Positions 43,501 through 59,800 of a stretch of DNA of 64,000 nucleotides are shown here, in pieces (within the stretch, counting starts at the first letter, position 1; every line of letters begins with the position of its first letter). Both the position numbers and the translations under genes were made by a program. Source of the DNA: the human T2T-CHM13v2.0 reference genome, Homo sapiens; the NCBI RefSeq assembly GCF_009914755.1, contig NC_060940.1; one strand, given 5' to 3'. Below the pieces are notes generated by a model. The model worked only from the letters and a program-made list of their open reading frames with translations. It made no database searches and had not been told where the DNA came from.

Positions 43501-46500
43501 CAATTCCATTCAGTGATTATCCCCTTAGAGTAAACTCAACGATTCCATTCAATACCATTCGATGATGATTCCTTTTGAGTCCATTCAATGATTTCATTCA
43601 AGTCCATTTGATGATTCCTTTCAATTCCATTCTATGATGATTCCATTCGAGTCCATTCGATGATTCCATTCGATTGCATTCGATTATTCCATTATATTCC
43701 AGTCAACGATGATTCCATTCGAGTCCATTCGATGATTCCATTAGAGTACATTTAATGATTGCTTTGTTTTCAATTCGAAGATGATTACATTGGATTCCAT
43801 TCTATGATACCATTCGATTCCATTCAATGATGATTCCACTCAAATCCATTGGATGATTCCATTCGTGTCCATTCGGTGATTTCATTAGATTCCATTCGAG
43901 GATGATTCCATTCGATTCCATTCGATGATTCCATTCAATTCCATTCGAGGATGATTCCATTCCAGTCCATATGATCATTCCATTTGATTTCATTCGATGA
44001 TGATTCCATTCGATTCCATTCGATGATTCCATTCTATTCCATTCGATGATGATTCCATTCGAGTCCATTCGATGATTCCATTCGAGTCCATTTAATGATT
44101 CCATTGGGTTCAATTCAATGATGATTACATTGGATTCCGTTCTATGATTCCATTCAATTCCGTTCATTGACAATTTGATTCCATTCGATGATGATTCCAT
44201 TTGAGTTCATTCGATGATTCTATTCGATTCTCTTCGATGGTGATTCAATTCTATTATATTGGATGATTCCATTCGATTCCATTTGATGTTGATTCAATTC
44301 GATTCTATTCGATGATGATTCCATTGGATTTCACTTGATGATTCTATTCGATTCCATTCAATGATGATTCACTTCTCGTCCATTGGATGATTCCATTTCA
44401 TTCCATTCGATGATGATTCCATTCGATTCCATTCGATGATTCCATTTGATTCCATGCGTCGGTGAGCAATTCGATTCAATTCCATGATGATTCTATTTGA
44501 TTCAATTAGATGATGTTTCCATTCGAATCCATTCCATGATTATTCCATTGGAATCCATTCGGCGATGATTCCATATGAGTCAATTCAATGATGATTCCAT
44601 ATGGGTCCGTTCGATGATAATTCCATTTGATTTCATTCGGTGCTTCTATTCAATTCCAGTCGATGATGATTCCGTTGGAGTCCATACGATGATTCCATTT
44701 GATTTCATTTGATGATGATTCCATTCGATGATGATTACATTGGATTCCATTCTATGATTCCATTCAATTCCATTCGTTGATGATTCGATTCCATTCAATG
44801 ATGATTCCATTTGAGTTCATTCGATGATTCTATTCGATTCCGTTCGATGGTGATTCAATTCTCTTATATTGGATGAATCCACTCGATTCCATTTGATGAT
44901 TATTCCATTGGAGTCCACTTAGTGAATCCTTCAGATTCTACTCGAAGATGATTCCATTCAAGTCCATTCGATGATACCATTCAATTCCATTCGTTGATGC
45001 TTCCATTCAAGTGCATTCGATGATATCATTCGATTCCATTTGATGATAATTCCATTTGATTCCATGCGATGATTCTATTCGATTCCATTCAATGATAATT
45101 CCATTCAGTTCAGTGATTCCTCTGGACTCCATTTGATGATGATTCCATTCAATGATTCCATTCGATTCTATTCGAAAGTGATTCCATTTGAATCCATTTG
45201 ATGATGATTCCATTAGATTCCATTTGATGATTCCATTCGATTCCATGCGACGATGATTCCATTCGATTCCATGTGATGATTCCATTCTATTCTATTCGAT
45301 GATGATTCCATTCGATTCCATTCGATGATGATTGGATTCGATTCCATTTGATGATATCATTTGATTCCATTCGTTAATGATTTCGATCAATTCCATTCGA
45401 TGATTCCATTCGATTCCATTCGATAATGATTACATCCGTGTCCATTCAGTGATTCCATTTGAGCCTGTTCGATAACTCCATTTGAGTCCAACCAATGATT
45501 CCATTCATTTCCATTCAATGATTCCATTCGAGTCCATTTGATCATTCCGGTAGGGTCCATTCGATGTTGATTCCATTGGAGTGCATTCGATGATTCCATT
45601 CGAGTCCATTTTACGATTTGATTCGAGTCCTTTCGATGATTCCATTCGATTCCACTCGATGATGATTTCATTCGAGTCCATTCGACACTTCCAATCGATT
45701 CCATTTGATGTTTCCATTCGAGTCCAATTGATGATTCCATTCAATTCCATTCGATGATGATTCCGTAGGATTCCATTCTGTGATGATTCCATGTGATTGC
45801 ATTCAATGATGATTCCTTTAGATTGCATTCGATTGTGATTCATTTCGTCTTCACTCTATGGTTCCACAGGTTTCCATTCGTGTCCATTCCATTATTCCAT
45901 TCTATTCCATTTGATGATGATTCCATTCGATTCCATTCATTGGTGATTCCACTCAATTCCATTCAATGATTCCATTCCATTTCTTTCAACAATGATTCCA
46001 TTAGTTTCTAATCGATGATCCACTTGATTCCATTTGACGACGATTCCATTCTTGTCCATTCGATGATTCCATTTGATTCCATATGATGATGATTCCATTC
46101 GATTCCATACGATGATGATTCCATTCGAGTCCATTCAATGGTGATTCCATTCAATTCCATTCGATGATTCCTTTCGATTCCATTCGATGATGATGGCATT
46201 CGATTCCTTTCAATCATTCCCTTTGATTCCATTCAAAGGTGATTTCATTCAAGTCCATTCGATAATTGCATTCGATTCCATTCTATGATGATTCCATTCG
46301 AGTCCATTTGATGATTCCATTCAATTCAAGTCAATGATGATTCCATTCGATTCCATTCGATGATTCCATTGGATTCCATTCGATGATGATTCCATTCAAA
46401 TCCATTCGATAATTCAATTCAAGTCCATTCGATGATGATTAAAATCGAATCCATTCAAAGATTCCATTCAGTTCCATTCGATGATTCCCTTAGATTCCAT

Positions 46501-46696
46501 TCGATGATTCCACTTGATTTCATTTACGATGATTCCATTCGATTCCATGTGATGATTCCATTCAATTCTATTCAATGCTGTTTCCATTTGATTCCATTCG
46601 ACCATGATTGCCTTTGATTCCATTCAATGACTCCATTCGGTTCCTTTTGATGATGATTCCGTTCGATTCCATTTCATTATTCCATTTGATTCCATT
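40586..46696 (+). repeat. 6.1-kb monomer (6111 bp; 1-bp deletion near 42072)
   Basis: Landmarks at 40586 and 46697. GATTTTTTTGATT replaces GATTTCTTTTGATT at ~42068-42080. Confidence 0.94.
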
Positions 46697-49600
46697 GGAT
46701 GAGTCCATTCGATTACATTCGATGATTATTCCATTCGAGTGCATTAGATGATTCCATTCGAGTCCATTCGATGATTCCATTCGATTCCATTCGATGTTGA
46801 TTCTGTTCAAATCCATTCGATGATTCCACTCGATTCCATTCGATGACTCCAGTTGATCCCATTCGATGATTTCCTTTGATTCCCTTTGATGATCATTCCA
46901 TTTGATTCAATTCGGTGATTTCATTTGATTCCATTCAGTGATGTTTCCATTCGACTCCATTCGATGATGATTCCATTCGACTCCATTCGATTATGATTTC
47001 ATTCAATTCCATTCGATAATGATTCCCTTTGAGTCCATTCGATGATTCCATTCGATTCCATTCAACGATGATTTGATTCGTGTCCATTCGATGATTCCAT
47101 TTGATTCCACTTGATGATGATTCCATTCGAGTCCATTTGATGATTCCATTCAATTCCATTCTCCGATGATTTCTTTTGAGCCCACTCAATGCTTCCACTC
47201 GATTCCATATGATGATGACTCCATTCGATGAAATTCGATGATGATTCCATTCGCTTGCATTCGATGATGATTCCACTTGAGTCCATTAGAAGATTCTATT
47301 CAATTACATTCCATGACGATTCCGTTCGAGTCCATTTGATGATTCCATTAGACTCCATTCGACGATGATTCCATTCGATGTTATTCGATGATTCCATTCG
47401 ATCTCATTCGATGATGATTCCATTCAACTCCATTCGATGTTTCCATTCGAGTTCATTCTATTATTCCATTAGATTCCATTCGATGATGATTCCATTCGAT
47501 TCCATTTGATGATTGCATTCTATTTCATTTGATGATGATTCCATTCGAGTCCACTCGATGATTCCATTCGAGTCCATTTAATGAATCCATTGGTTTCAAT
47601 TCTATGATGATTACATTGGATTCCATTCGTTGATGATTTCATTCGGTTCCATTCAATGATGATTCCATTCAATTCCTTTCAATGTTTCCATTCAATTCCA
47701 TACGATGATGATTCCATTTGATTTGATTCGACAGGGAGCCATTCGATTCAATTCCATGATGATTCTATTTGATTCCATTGGTTGACATTTCCATTCGATT
47801 CCATTCGATGATGATTCCCTTTGATTCCATTCAAAGATGATTCCATTCTAGCCCATTCAATCATTCCATTCGATTCTATTCAATGATGATTCCATTCATG
47901 TCGATTTGGTGATTCCATTTGACTTCATTTGATGATGATTCCTTTCAAGTTCATTAGATGATTCCATTCGATTCCATTTGATGATGATCCCATTCGAGTC
48001 CATTCAGTGATTCCACTCGTTTCCATTCCATGATGATTCCATTCCATTCCATTCAATGATTCCATTCGATTCCGTTTGATGATGATTTCATTCGAGTCCA
48101 TTTGATGATTCCATTTGATTCCATTCGATGATGATTCCATTCGAGTCCATTCGATGATTCTATTCGAATCCATTTGATGATTTCTTTTGATTATAGTTGG
48201 TGATGATTCCATTGGAGTCCATTCAATGATTCCATTTGATTCCAGTCTCTGATGATTACATTCGAGTCCATACGATGATTCCACTCAATTCCATATGATG
48301 ATGATTCCATTCGATTCCATTCGATGATTCCATTCTATTCTATTCAATGGTGATTCCATTCGAGTACATTAGATGATTCCATTCGATTCCATTCAATGAT
48401 GATTCTATTTGTGTCCCTTAGATGATTCCACATGATTCCATTAGATGATGATACTATTTGAGCCCATCCAATGATACCCTTCGATATCATTCGATGAGGA
48501 TTCCATTCGATTCAATTCATTGGTGATTCTATTCAATTCAATTCTTTGATTCCATTCCATTCCATTCGACAATGATTCCATTCGATTTCTTTCGATGATT
48601 CCACTCGATTCCACTTGACATTGATTCCCTTCGATTCCATTCAATGATTCCATTTGATTCCAGTGGATGATGATTGCCATCGATTCCATTCGATCACTCC
48701 ATTCTATTCCATTTGATGATGATTACATTCGATTCCATTTGACGATTCCATCTGATTCTATTCGAGGATTCCATTTGATTCCATTCGATGATGATTCCAT
48801 TCGAGTCCATTCGATGATTTCATTCGAGTACATCCAATGATTCCATTCGAGTCCATTTGATGATTCCATTTGATTCCATTTGATAATGATTCTACTAGAG
48901 TCCATTCAATGACTCCATTCGAGTCCATTCAACAATTCCATTCGACTCCATTTGATGATTCCATTGGATTCCATTTGATGATTCCATTCGAGTCCATTTA
49001 ATCATTACAGTCGAGTCCATTTGGTGATTCCACCGGATTTCTTTTGATAATGATACCATTCAATTACATTTGATGATGATCCCATTCAATTTCATTTGAT
49101 GATGATTCCATTAGAGTCCATTCGATGATTTCATTCGAGTCCCTTCATTGATTCCATCCGATTTCATTGGATGATGACTCCATTCGAGTCCATTCGATGA
49201 TTCCACTCGATTCCATTAGATGATTCCATTGGAGTCCATTTGATTGTTCCATTCGATTCCATTCGATTCCTTTCGAAGATTATTCCATTTGAGTCCATTC
49301 GATGATGATTCCATTCCATTCCATTCGATGATTCCGTTTGATTCCATTCGATGATTCCCTTCGATTCCTTTCTTTGATGATTCCATTCCATTCCATTCAA
49401 TGATTCCATTCGAATCTATTCCATGATGATTCCTTTCGATTCCATTCGCTGATGTTTCCGTTCAATTCCATTCGATGATGATTCCATTCGATTCCATTCA
49501 TTGAGGATTCCATTTGATTCCATTCAATGATGATTCCGTTCTATTCCATTCAATGATTGCATTCAATTCCATTCAATGATTATCCCCTTAGAGTAAACTC

Positions 49601-52600
49601 AACGATTCCATTCAATACCATTCGATGATGATTCCTTTTGAGTCCATTCAATGATTTCATTCAAGTCCATTTGATGATTCCTTTCAATTCCATTCTATGA
49701 TGATTCCATTCGAGTCCATTCGATGATTCCATTCGATTGCATTCGATTATTCCATTATATTCCAGTCAACGATGATTCCATTCGAGTCCATTCGATGATT
49801 CCATTAGAGTACATTTAATGATTGCTTTGTTTTCAATTCGAAGATGATTACATTGGATTCCATTCTATGATACCATTCGATTCCATTCAATGATGATTCC
49901 ACTCAAATCCATTGGATGATTCCATTCGTGTCCATTCGGTGATTTCATTAGATTCCATTCGAGGATGATTCCATTCGATTCCATTCGATGATTCCATTCA
50001 ATTCCATTCGAGGATGATTCCATTCCAGTCCATATGATCATTCCATTTGATTTCATTCGATGATGATTCCATTCGATTCCATTCGATGATTCCATTCTAT
50101 TCCATTCGATGATGATTCCATTCGAGTCCATTCGATGATTCCATTCGAGTCCATTTAATGATTCCATTGGGTTCAATTCAATGATGATTACATTGGATTC
50201 CGTTCTATGATTCCATTCAATTCCGTTCATTGACAATTTGATTCCATTCGATGATGATTCCATTTGAGTTCATTCGATGATTCTATTCGATTCTCTTCGA
50301 TGGTGATTCAATTCTATTATATTGGATGATTCCATTCGATTCCATTTGATGTTGATTCAATTCGATTCTATTCGATGATGATTCCATTGGATTTCACTTG
50401 ATGATTCTATTCGATTCCATTCAATGATGATTCACTTCTCGTCCATTGGATGATTCCATTTCATTCCATTCGATGATGATTCCATTCGATTCCATTCGAT
50501 GATTCCATTTGATTCCATGCGACGGTGAGCAATTCGATTCAATTCCATGATGATTCTATTTGATTCAATTAGATGATGTTTCCATTCGAATCCATTCCAT
50601 GATTATTCCATTGGAATCCATTTGGCGATGATTCCATATGAGTCAATTCAATGATGATTCCATATGGGTCCGTTCGATGATAATTCCATTTGATTTCATT
50701 CGATGCTTCTATTCTATTCCAGTCGATGATGATTCCGTTGGAGTCCATACGATGATTCCATTTGATTTCATTTGATGATGATTCCATTCGATGATGATTA
50801 CATTGGATTCCATTCTATGATTCCATTCAATTCCATTCGTTGATGATTCGATTCCATTCAATGATGATTCCATTTGAGTTCATTCGATGATTCTATTCGA
50901 TTCCGTTCGATGGTGATTCAATTCTCTTATATTGGATGATTCCACTCGATTCCATTTGATGATTATTCCATTGGAGTCCACTTAGTGAATCCTTTAGATT
51001 CTACTCGAAGATGATTCCATTCGAGTCCATTCAATGATACCATTCAATTTCATTCATTGATGCTTCCATTCAAGTGCATTCGATGATATCATTCGATTCC
51101 ATTTGATGATAATTCCATTTGATTCCATGCGATGATTCTATTCGATTCCATTCAATGATAATTCCATTCAATTCAGTGATTCCTCTGGACTCCATTTGAT
51201 GATGATTCCATTCAATGATTCCATTCGATTCTATTCCAAAATGATTCCATTTGAATCCATTTGATGATGATTCCATTAGATTCCATTTGATGATTCCATT
51301 CAATTGCATTTGACGATGATTCCATTCGATTCCATTTGATGTTTCCATTCTATTCTATTCTATGATGATTCCATTCGATTCCATTTGATGATGATTGGAT
51401 TCGATTCCATTTGATGATTTCATTTGATTCCATTCGTTAATGATTTCGATCAACTCCATTCGATGATTCCATTTGATTCCATTCGATAATGATTACATCC
51501 GAGTCCATTCGATGATTCCATTTGAGCCCGTTCGATAATTCCATTTGAGTCCAATCAATGATTCCATACATTTCCATTCAATGATTCCATTCGAGTCCAT
51601 TTGATCATTCTGGTAGGGTCCGTTCGATGTTGATTCCATTGGAGTGCATTCGATGATTCCATTCGAGTCCATTTTATGATTTGATTCGAGTCCTTTCGAT
51701 GATTCCATTCGATTCCACTCGATGATGATTTCATTCGAGTCCATTCGACACTTCCAATCGATTCCATTTGATGTTTCCATTCGAGTCCAATTGATGATTC
51801 CATTCAATTGCATTCGATGATGATTCCGTACGACTCCATTCTGTGATGATTCCATGTGATTGCATTCAATGATGATTCCTTTCGACTGCATTCGATTATG
51901 ATTCATTTCGTGTTCATTCTATGGTTCCACAGGTTTCCATTCGATGACGTTTCCGTTCGTGTCCATTCCATTATTCCATTCTATTTCATTTGATGATGAT
52001 TCCATTCGATTCCATTCATTGGTGATTCCACTCAATTCCATTCAATGATTCCATTCCATTTCTTTCAACAATGATTCCATTAGTTTCTATTCGATGATCC
52101 ACTTGATTCCATTTGGCGATGATTCCATTCGTGTCCATTCGATGATTCCATTTGATTCCATATGATGATGATTCCATTCGATTCCATACCATGATGATTC
52201 CATTCGAGTCCATTCAATGGTGATTCCATTCAATTCCATTCGATGATTCCTTCCGATTCCATTCGATGATGATGGCATTCGATTCCTTTCAATCATTCCC
52301 TTTGATTCCATTCAAAGGTGATTTCATTCAAGTCCATTCGATAATTGCATTCGATTCCATTCTATGATGATTCCATTCGAGTCCATTTGATGATTCCATT
52401 CAATTCAAGTCAATGATGATTCCATTCGATTCCACTCGATGATTCCATTGGATTCCATTCGATGATGATTCCATTCAAATCCATTCGATAATTCAATTCA
52501 AGTCCATTCGATGATGATTCCAATCGAATCCATTCAAAGATTCCATTCAATTCCATTCGATGATGATTCCCTTAGATTCCATTCGATGATTCCACTTGAT

Positions 52601-52778
52601 TCCATTTACGATGATTCCATTCGATTCCATGTGATGAATCCATTCAGTTCTATTCAATGATGTTTCCATTTGATTCCATTGGACCATGATTGCCTTTGAT
52701 TCCATTCAATGATTCCATTCGGTTCCATTTGATGATGATTCCGTTCGATTCCATTTCATTATTCCATTTGATTCCATT
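46697..52778 (+). repeat. 6.1-kb monomer (6082 bp), near-identical paralogue of 6119-12200
   Basis: Same length, same 49-bp deletion and same private SNVs (GACAGGGAGCC, GATACCCTTCGATATC, CCATACATTTCC). Constant offset 40578. Confidence 0.94.
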
Positions 52779-55700
52779 GGATGAGTCCATTCGATTACAT
52801 TCGATGATTATTCCATTCGAGTGCATTAGATGATTGCATTCGAGTCCATTCGATGATTCCATTCGATTCCATTCGATGTTGATTCTGTTCAAATCCATTC
52901 GATGATTCCACTCGATTCCATTCGATGACTCCATTTGATCCCATTCGATGATTTCCTGTGATTCCCTTTGATGATCATTCTATTTGATTCAATTCGGTGA
53001 TTTCATTTCATTCCATTCAGTGATGTTTCCATTCGACTGTATTCGATGATGATTCCATTCGACTGCATTCGATTATGATTTCATTCAATTCCATTCAATA
53101 ATGATTCCCTTCGAGTCCATTCGATGATTCCATTCGATTCCATTCAACGATGATTTGATTCGTTTCCATTCGATGATTCCATTTGATTCCACTTGATGAT
53201 GATTCCATTCGAGTCCATTTGATGATTCCATTCGAGTCTATTTATGTATTATATTCGTGTCCACTTCATGATTCCATTCAATTCCATTTAATGTTGATTC
53301 CATTTGATTCCATTTGATGATTCAGTTCGATTCCTTGCAATGATTCCCTACGATTCCTTTCTATGATGATTCCATTCGATTCCATTCATTGATGATTTCA
53401 TTCGACTCCATTCGATGATGATTCCTTTCGATTCCATTTGACGATGTTTCCATTCGAGTCCATTCGATGATGATTCTATTCAATTCTGTTCTATTATGAT
53501 TCCATTCGATTTCATTCAATGCTTCTATTTGATTCCATTCGATGATGATTCCATCTCTTTCCCTTCGATGATTCCATTTGATTCCATTCAGTGATGATTC
53601 CATTTGATTCCATCTGATGATGATTTCACTTGATTCCTTTCAATGATGATTCAATTCAAGTCCATTCTATGATTCCATTGGAGTCCAAACGATCATTCCG
53701 TTCGATTCCATTCAATGGTGATTCCATTCATGTCCATTCGATGAATCCATTCAATTCCATTCGATGATGACTCCATTCGAGTACATTCGATGATTCCATT
53801 TGATTCCATTTGAAGATGATTCCATTCAATTCCATTCGAAGATGATTCCATTCAATTCCATTCGATGATGATTCCGTATGAATCCATTCTCTGATTATTC
53901 CATTCGATTCCATTCATTGACGATTCCATTCAATTCCATTCAATGATGATTCTCTTCTATTCCATTCGATGATTCCGGTCGATTCCATTCGATGATGATT
54001 CCATTAGATTCCATTCGATTGTTGCATTCGATTCCCTTCGATGATGATTCCTTTGAATTCCATTCGATTATCATTCCGTATGAATCCATTTGATGATTAT
54101 TCCATTGGATTCCTTTCGATGATGATTCCATTCGATTCCATTTGATGATGTTTCTCTTGTATTCCATTGGATAATTCCTTTCAGTTCCCTTCGATGATTA
54201 TTCTTTCGAGTCAATTCGATGATTCTATTCCATTCCCTTCGATGATGATTCCATTTCACTCCATTTGATGATTCCATTCGACTCAATTTGGTGATGATTC
54301 AATTCGATGACATTCGATGACTCCATTCAATTTCATTTGATGATGATTACATTCGAGTCCATTTGATGATTGTATTCCTTTCCTTTTGATGATTATTCCA
54401 TTCGTGTCTATTCAAAGGTTCCATTCTATTCCATTCAATGATGATTGCATTTGATTCCATTCAATGATTATGGCTATCGATTCCACTCGTTGATTCCATT
54501 TGATTCCGTTCGATGATTATTCCGTTAGATTCCATTAGAAGATTCCATTCGATTTTATTCAATGATTCCAATGGATTCCATTCAATGATGATTCCATTCG
54601 ACACCATTCAGTGATTCCATTCGAGTCCATTTGATGATTCCATTCTTTTGCATTTGATGATGATTCCATTAGGGTCCATTCAATTATTCCATTCGAGTCC
54701 ATTCGTTAATGCCTTTCGAGTCCTTTTGATCACTACATTCGAGTCCATTCAATGATTCTATTCGATTCCATTCCATGATGATTCCATTCGAGTTCATTCG
54801 ATGATTGCATTCGAGTCCATTTGATGATTCCATATGATTCCCTTCGACAATGATTCCATTCGTGTCCATTTGACGATTCCATTCATTTCCTATCGATGAA
54901 GATTCCATTCAAGTGTATTCGATGATTCCATTCAAATCCATTCGATGATGATTCCATTCCAGTCCATTCGATCATTCCACTTGATTCCATTTGATGACTA
55001 TTCCATTCAAATCCATTTGATGATTCCATTCGATTCCATTCGATGTTACCATTCGAGTATACACGATGATTCCACTCGATTCCATTTGATGATTATTCCA
55101 TTGGAGTCCACTTAGTGAATCCTTTAGATTCTACTCGAAGATGATTCCATTCGAGTCCATTCCATGATACCATTCAATTCCATTCGTTGATGCTTCCATT
55201 CAAGTACATTCGATGATATCATTCGATTCCATTTGATGATAATTCCATTTGATTCCATGCGATGATTCTATTCGATTCCATTCAATGATAATTCCATTCA
55301 ATTCAGTGATTCCTCTGGACTCCATTTGATGATGATTCCATTCAATGATTCCATTCGATTCTATTCGAAAATGATTCCATTTGAATCCATTTGATGATGA
55401 TTCCATTGGATTCCATTTGATGATTCCATTCGATTCCATTCGATGATGATTCCATTCGATTCCTTTTGATGATTCCATTCTATTGTATTCGATGATGATT
55501 CCATTCGATTCCATTCGATGATGATTGGATTCGATTCCATTTGATGATTTCATTTGATTCCATTCGATAATGATTTCGATCAATTCCATTCGATGATTCC
55601 ATTCGATTCCATTCGATAGTGATTACATCCGAGTCCATTCGATGATTCCATTTGAGCCCGTTCGATAATTCCATTTGAGTCCAATCAATGATTCCATTCA

Positions 55701-56865
55701 TTTCCATTCAATGATTCCATTCGAGTCCATTTGATCATTCCGGTAGGGTCCGTTCGATGTTGATTCCATTGGAGTGCATTCGATGATTCCATTCGAGTCC
55801 ATTTTAGGATTTGATTCGAGTCCTTTCGATGATTCCATTCGATTCCACTCGATGATTTCATTCGAGTCCATTCGACACTTCCAATCGATTCCATTTGATG
55901 TTTCCATTCGATTCCAATTGATGATTCCATTCAATTCCATTCGATGATGATTCCGTACGATTCCATTCTGTGATGATTCCATGTGATTGCATTCAATGAT
56001 GATTCCTTTCGATTGCATTCGATTATGATTCATTTCGTGTTCATTCTATGGTTCCACAGGTTTCCATTCGATGATGTTTCCATTCGTGTCCATTCCATTA
56101 TTCCATTCTATTCCATTTGAAGATGATTCCATTCGATTCCATTCATTGGTGATTCCACTCAATTCCATTCAATGATTCCATTCCATTTCTTTCAACAATG
56201 ATTCCATTAGTTTCTATTCGATGATCCACTTGATTCCATTTGACGATGATTCCATTCGTGTCCATTCGATGATTCCATTTGATTCCATATGATGATGATT
56301 CCATTCGATTCCATACGATGATGATTCCATTCGAGTCCATTCAATGGTGATTCCATTCAATTCCATTCGATGATTCCTTTCGATTCCATTCAATGATGAT
56401 GGCATTCAATTCCTTTCGATCATTCCCTTTGATTCCATTCAAAGGTGATTTCATTCAAGTCCATTCGATAATTGCATTCGATTCCATTCTATGATGATTC
56501 CATTCGAGTCCATTTGATGATTCCATTCAATTCAAGTCAATGATGATTCCATTCGATTCCACTCGATGATTCCATTGGATTCCATTCGATGATGATTCCA
56601 TTCAAATCCATTCGATAATTCAATTCAAGTCCATTCGATGATGATTCCAATCGAATCCATTCAAAGATTCCACTCAATTCCATTCGATGATGATTCCCTT
56701 AGATTCCATTTGATGATTCCACTTGATTCCATTTACGATGATTCCATTCGATTCCATGTGATGATTCCATTCAATTCTATTCAATGAAGTTTCCACTTGA
56801 TTCCATTCGAACATGATTGCCTTTGATTCCATTCAATGATTCCATACGGTTCCATTTGATGATGA
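52779..56865 (+). repeat. Shortened variant monomer (~4.09 kb), second copy
   Basis: Same architecture as 12201-16251. ORF offsets step 40578 -> 40601 -> 40614. Confidence 0.88.
53239..55065 (+). repeat. Non-canonical HSat2 segment, copy B (~1.83 kb)
   Basis: Same private k-mers as 12638-14464 at offset 40601, e.g. EcoRI site GAATTC at 13454 and 54055. Confidence 0.87.
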
Positions 56866-59800
56866 TTCCATTCGAGTGCATTAGATGATTCCATTCGAGT
56901 CCATTCGATGATTCCATTCGATTCCATTCGATGTTGATTCTGTTCAAATCCATTCGATGATTCCACTCGATTCCATTCGATGACTCCATTTGATCCCATT
57001 CGATGATTTCCTTTGATTCCCTTTGATGATCATTCCATTTGATTCAATTCGGTGATTTCTTTTGATTCCATTCAGTGATGTTTCCATTCAACTCCTTTCG
57101 ATGATGATTCCATTCGACTCCATTCGATTATGATTTCATTCAATTCCATTCGATAATGATTCCCTTCAAGTCCATTCGATGCTTCCATTCGATTCCATTC
57201 AACGATGATTTGATTCGTGTCCATTCGATGATTCCATTTGATTCCATTTGATGATGATTCCATTCGAGTCCCTTTGATGATTCCATTCAATTCCATTCTC
57301 CGATGATTTCTTTTGAGCCCATTCAATGCTTCCACTCGATTCCATATGATGATGACTCCATTTGATGAAATTCCATGATGATTCCATTCGCTTGCATTCG
57401 ATGATGATTCCACTTGAGTCCGTTAGAAGATTCTATTCAATTACATTCCATGACGATTCTGTCCGAGTCCATTTGATGATTCCATTAGACTCCATTCGAC
57501 GATGATTCCATTCGATGTTATTCGTTGATGATTCCATTCAACTCCATTCGAAGTTTCCATTCGAGTTCATTCTATTATTCCATTAGATTCCATTCGATGA
57601 TGATTCCATTCGATTCCATTTGATGATTGCATTCTATTTCATTTGATGATGATTCCATTCGAGTCCATTCGATGATTCCATTCGAGTCCATTTAATGAAT
57701 CCATTGGTTTCAATTCTATGATGATTACATTGGATTCCATTCGTTGATGATTTCATTCGATTCCATTCAATGATGATTCCATTCAATTCCATTCAATGAT
57801 TCCATTCAATTCCATACGATGATGATTCCATTTGATTTGATTCGACAGTGAGCCATTCGATTCAATTCCATGATGATTCTATTTGATTCAATTGGTTGAC
57901 ATTTCCATTCGATTCCATTCGATGATGATTCCATTTGATTCCATTCAAAGATGATTCCATTCTAGCCCATTCAATCATTCCATTCGATTCTATTCAATGA
58001 TGATTCCATTCATGTCGATTTGGTGATTCCATTTGACTTCATTTGATGATGATTCCTTTCAAGTTCATTAGATGATTCCATTCGATTCCATTCGATGATT
58101 CCATTCTATTCTATTCAATGGTGATTCCATTCGAGTACATTAGATGATTCCATTCGATTCCATTCAATGATGATTCTATTTGTGTCCCTTAGATGGTTCC
58201 ACATGATTCCATTTCATGATGATACTATTTGAGCCCATCCAATGATTCCCTTCGATTCCATTCGATGAGGATTCCATTCGATTCAATTCATTGGTGATTC
58301 TATTCAATTCAATTCTTTGATTCCATTCCATTCCATTCGACAATGATTCCATTCGATTTCTTTCGATGATTCCACTCGATTCCACTTGACATTGATTCCA
58401 TTCGATTCCATTCAATGATTCCGTTTGATTCCAGTGGATGATGATTGCCATCGATTCCATTCGATCACTCCATTCTATTCCATTTGATGATGATTACATT
58501 CGATTCCATTTGATGATTCCATCTGATTCTATTCGAGGATTCCATTTGATTCCATTCGATGATGATTCCATTCGAGTGCATTCGATGATTTCATTCGAGT
58601 ACATCCAATGATTCCATTCGAGTCCATTTGATGATTCCATTTAATTCCATTTGATTATGATTCTACTAGAGTCCATTCAATGACTCCATTCGAATCCATT
58701 CAACAATTCCATTAGAGGCCATTCGATGATTCCATTTCATGATTCCATTCGAGTCCATTTAATCATTACAGTCGAGTCCATTTGGTGATTCCACTGGATT
58801 TCTTTTGATAATGATACCATTCAATTACATTTGATGATGATCCCATTCAATTTCATTTGATGGTGATTCCATTAGAGTCCATTCGATGATTTCATTCGAG
58901 TCCCTTCATTGATTCCATCCGATTTCATTTGATGATGACTCCATTCGAGTCCATTCGATGATTCCACTCGATTCCATCAGATGGTTCCATTGGAGTCCAT
59001 TTGATTGTTCCATTCGATTCTATTCGATTCCTTTCGAAGATTATTCCATTTGAGTCCATTCGATGATGATTCCATTCCATTCCATTCGATGATTCCGTTT
59101 GATTCCATTCGATGATTCCCTTCGATTCCTTTCTTTGATGATTCCATTCCATTCCATTCAATGATTCCATTCGAATCTATTCCATGATGATTCCTTTCGA
59201 TTCCATTCGCTGATGTTTCCGTTCAATTCCATTCGATGATGATTCCATTCGATTCCATTCATTGAGGATTCCATTTGATTCCATTCAATGATGATTCCAT
59301 TCTATTCCATTCAATGATTGCATTCAATTCCATTCAATGATTATCCCATTAGAGTAAACTCAACGATTCCATTCAATACCATTCGATGATGATTCCTTTT
59401 GAGTCCATTCAATGATTTCATTCAAGTCCATTTGATGATTCCTTTCAATTCCATTCTATGATGATTCCATTCGAGTCCATTCGATGATTCCATTCGATTG
59501 CATTCGATGATTCCATTATATTCCATTCAACAATGATTCCATTCGAGTCCATTCGATGATTCCATTAGAGTACATTTAATGATTGCTTTGTTTTCAATTC
59601 GAAGATGATTACATTGGATTCCATTCTATGATACCATTCGATTCCATTCAATGATGATTCCACTCAAATCCATTGGATGATTCCATTCGTGTCCATTCGG
59701 TGATTTCCTTAGATTCCATTCGAGGATGATTCCATTCGATTCCATTCGATGATTCCATTCAATTCCATTCGATGATGATTCCATTCCAGTCCATATGATC

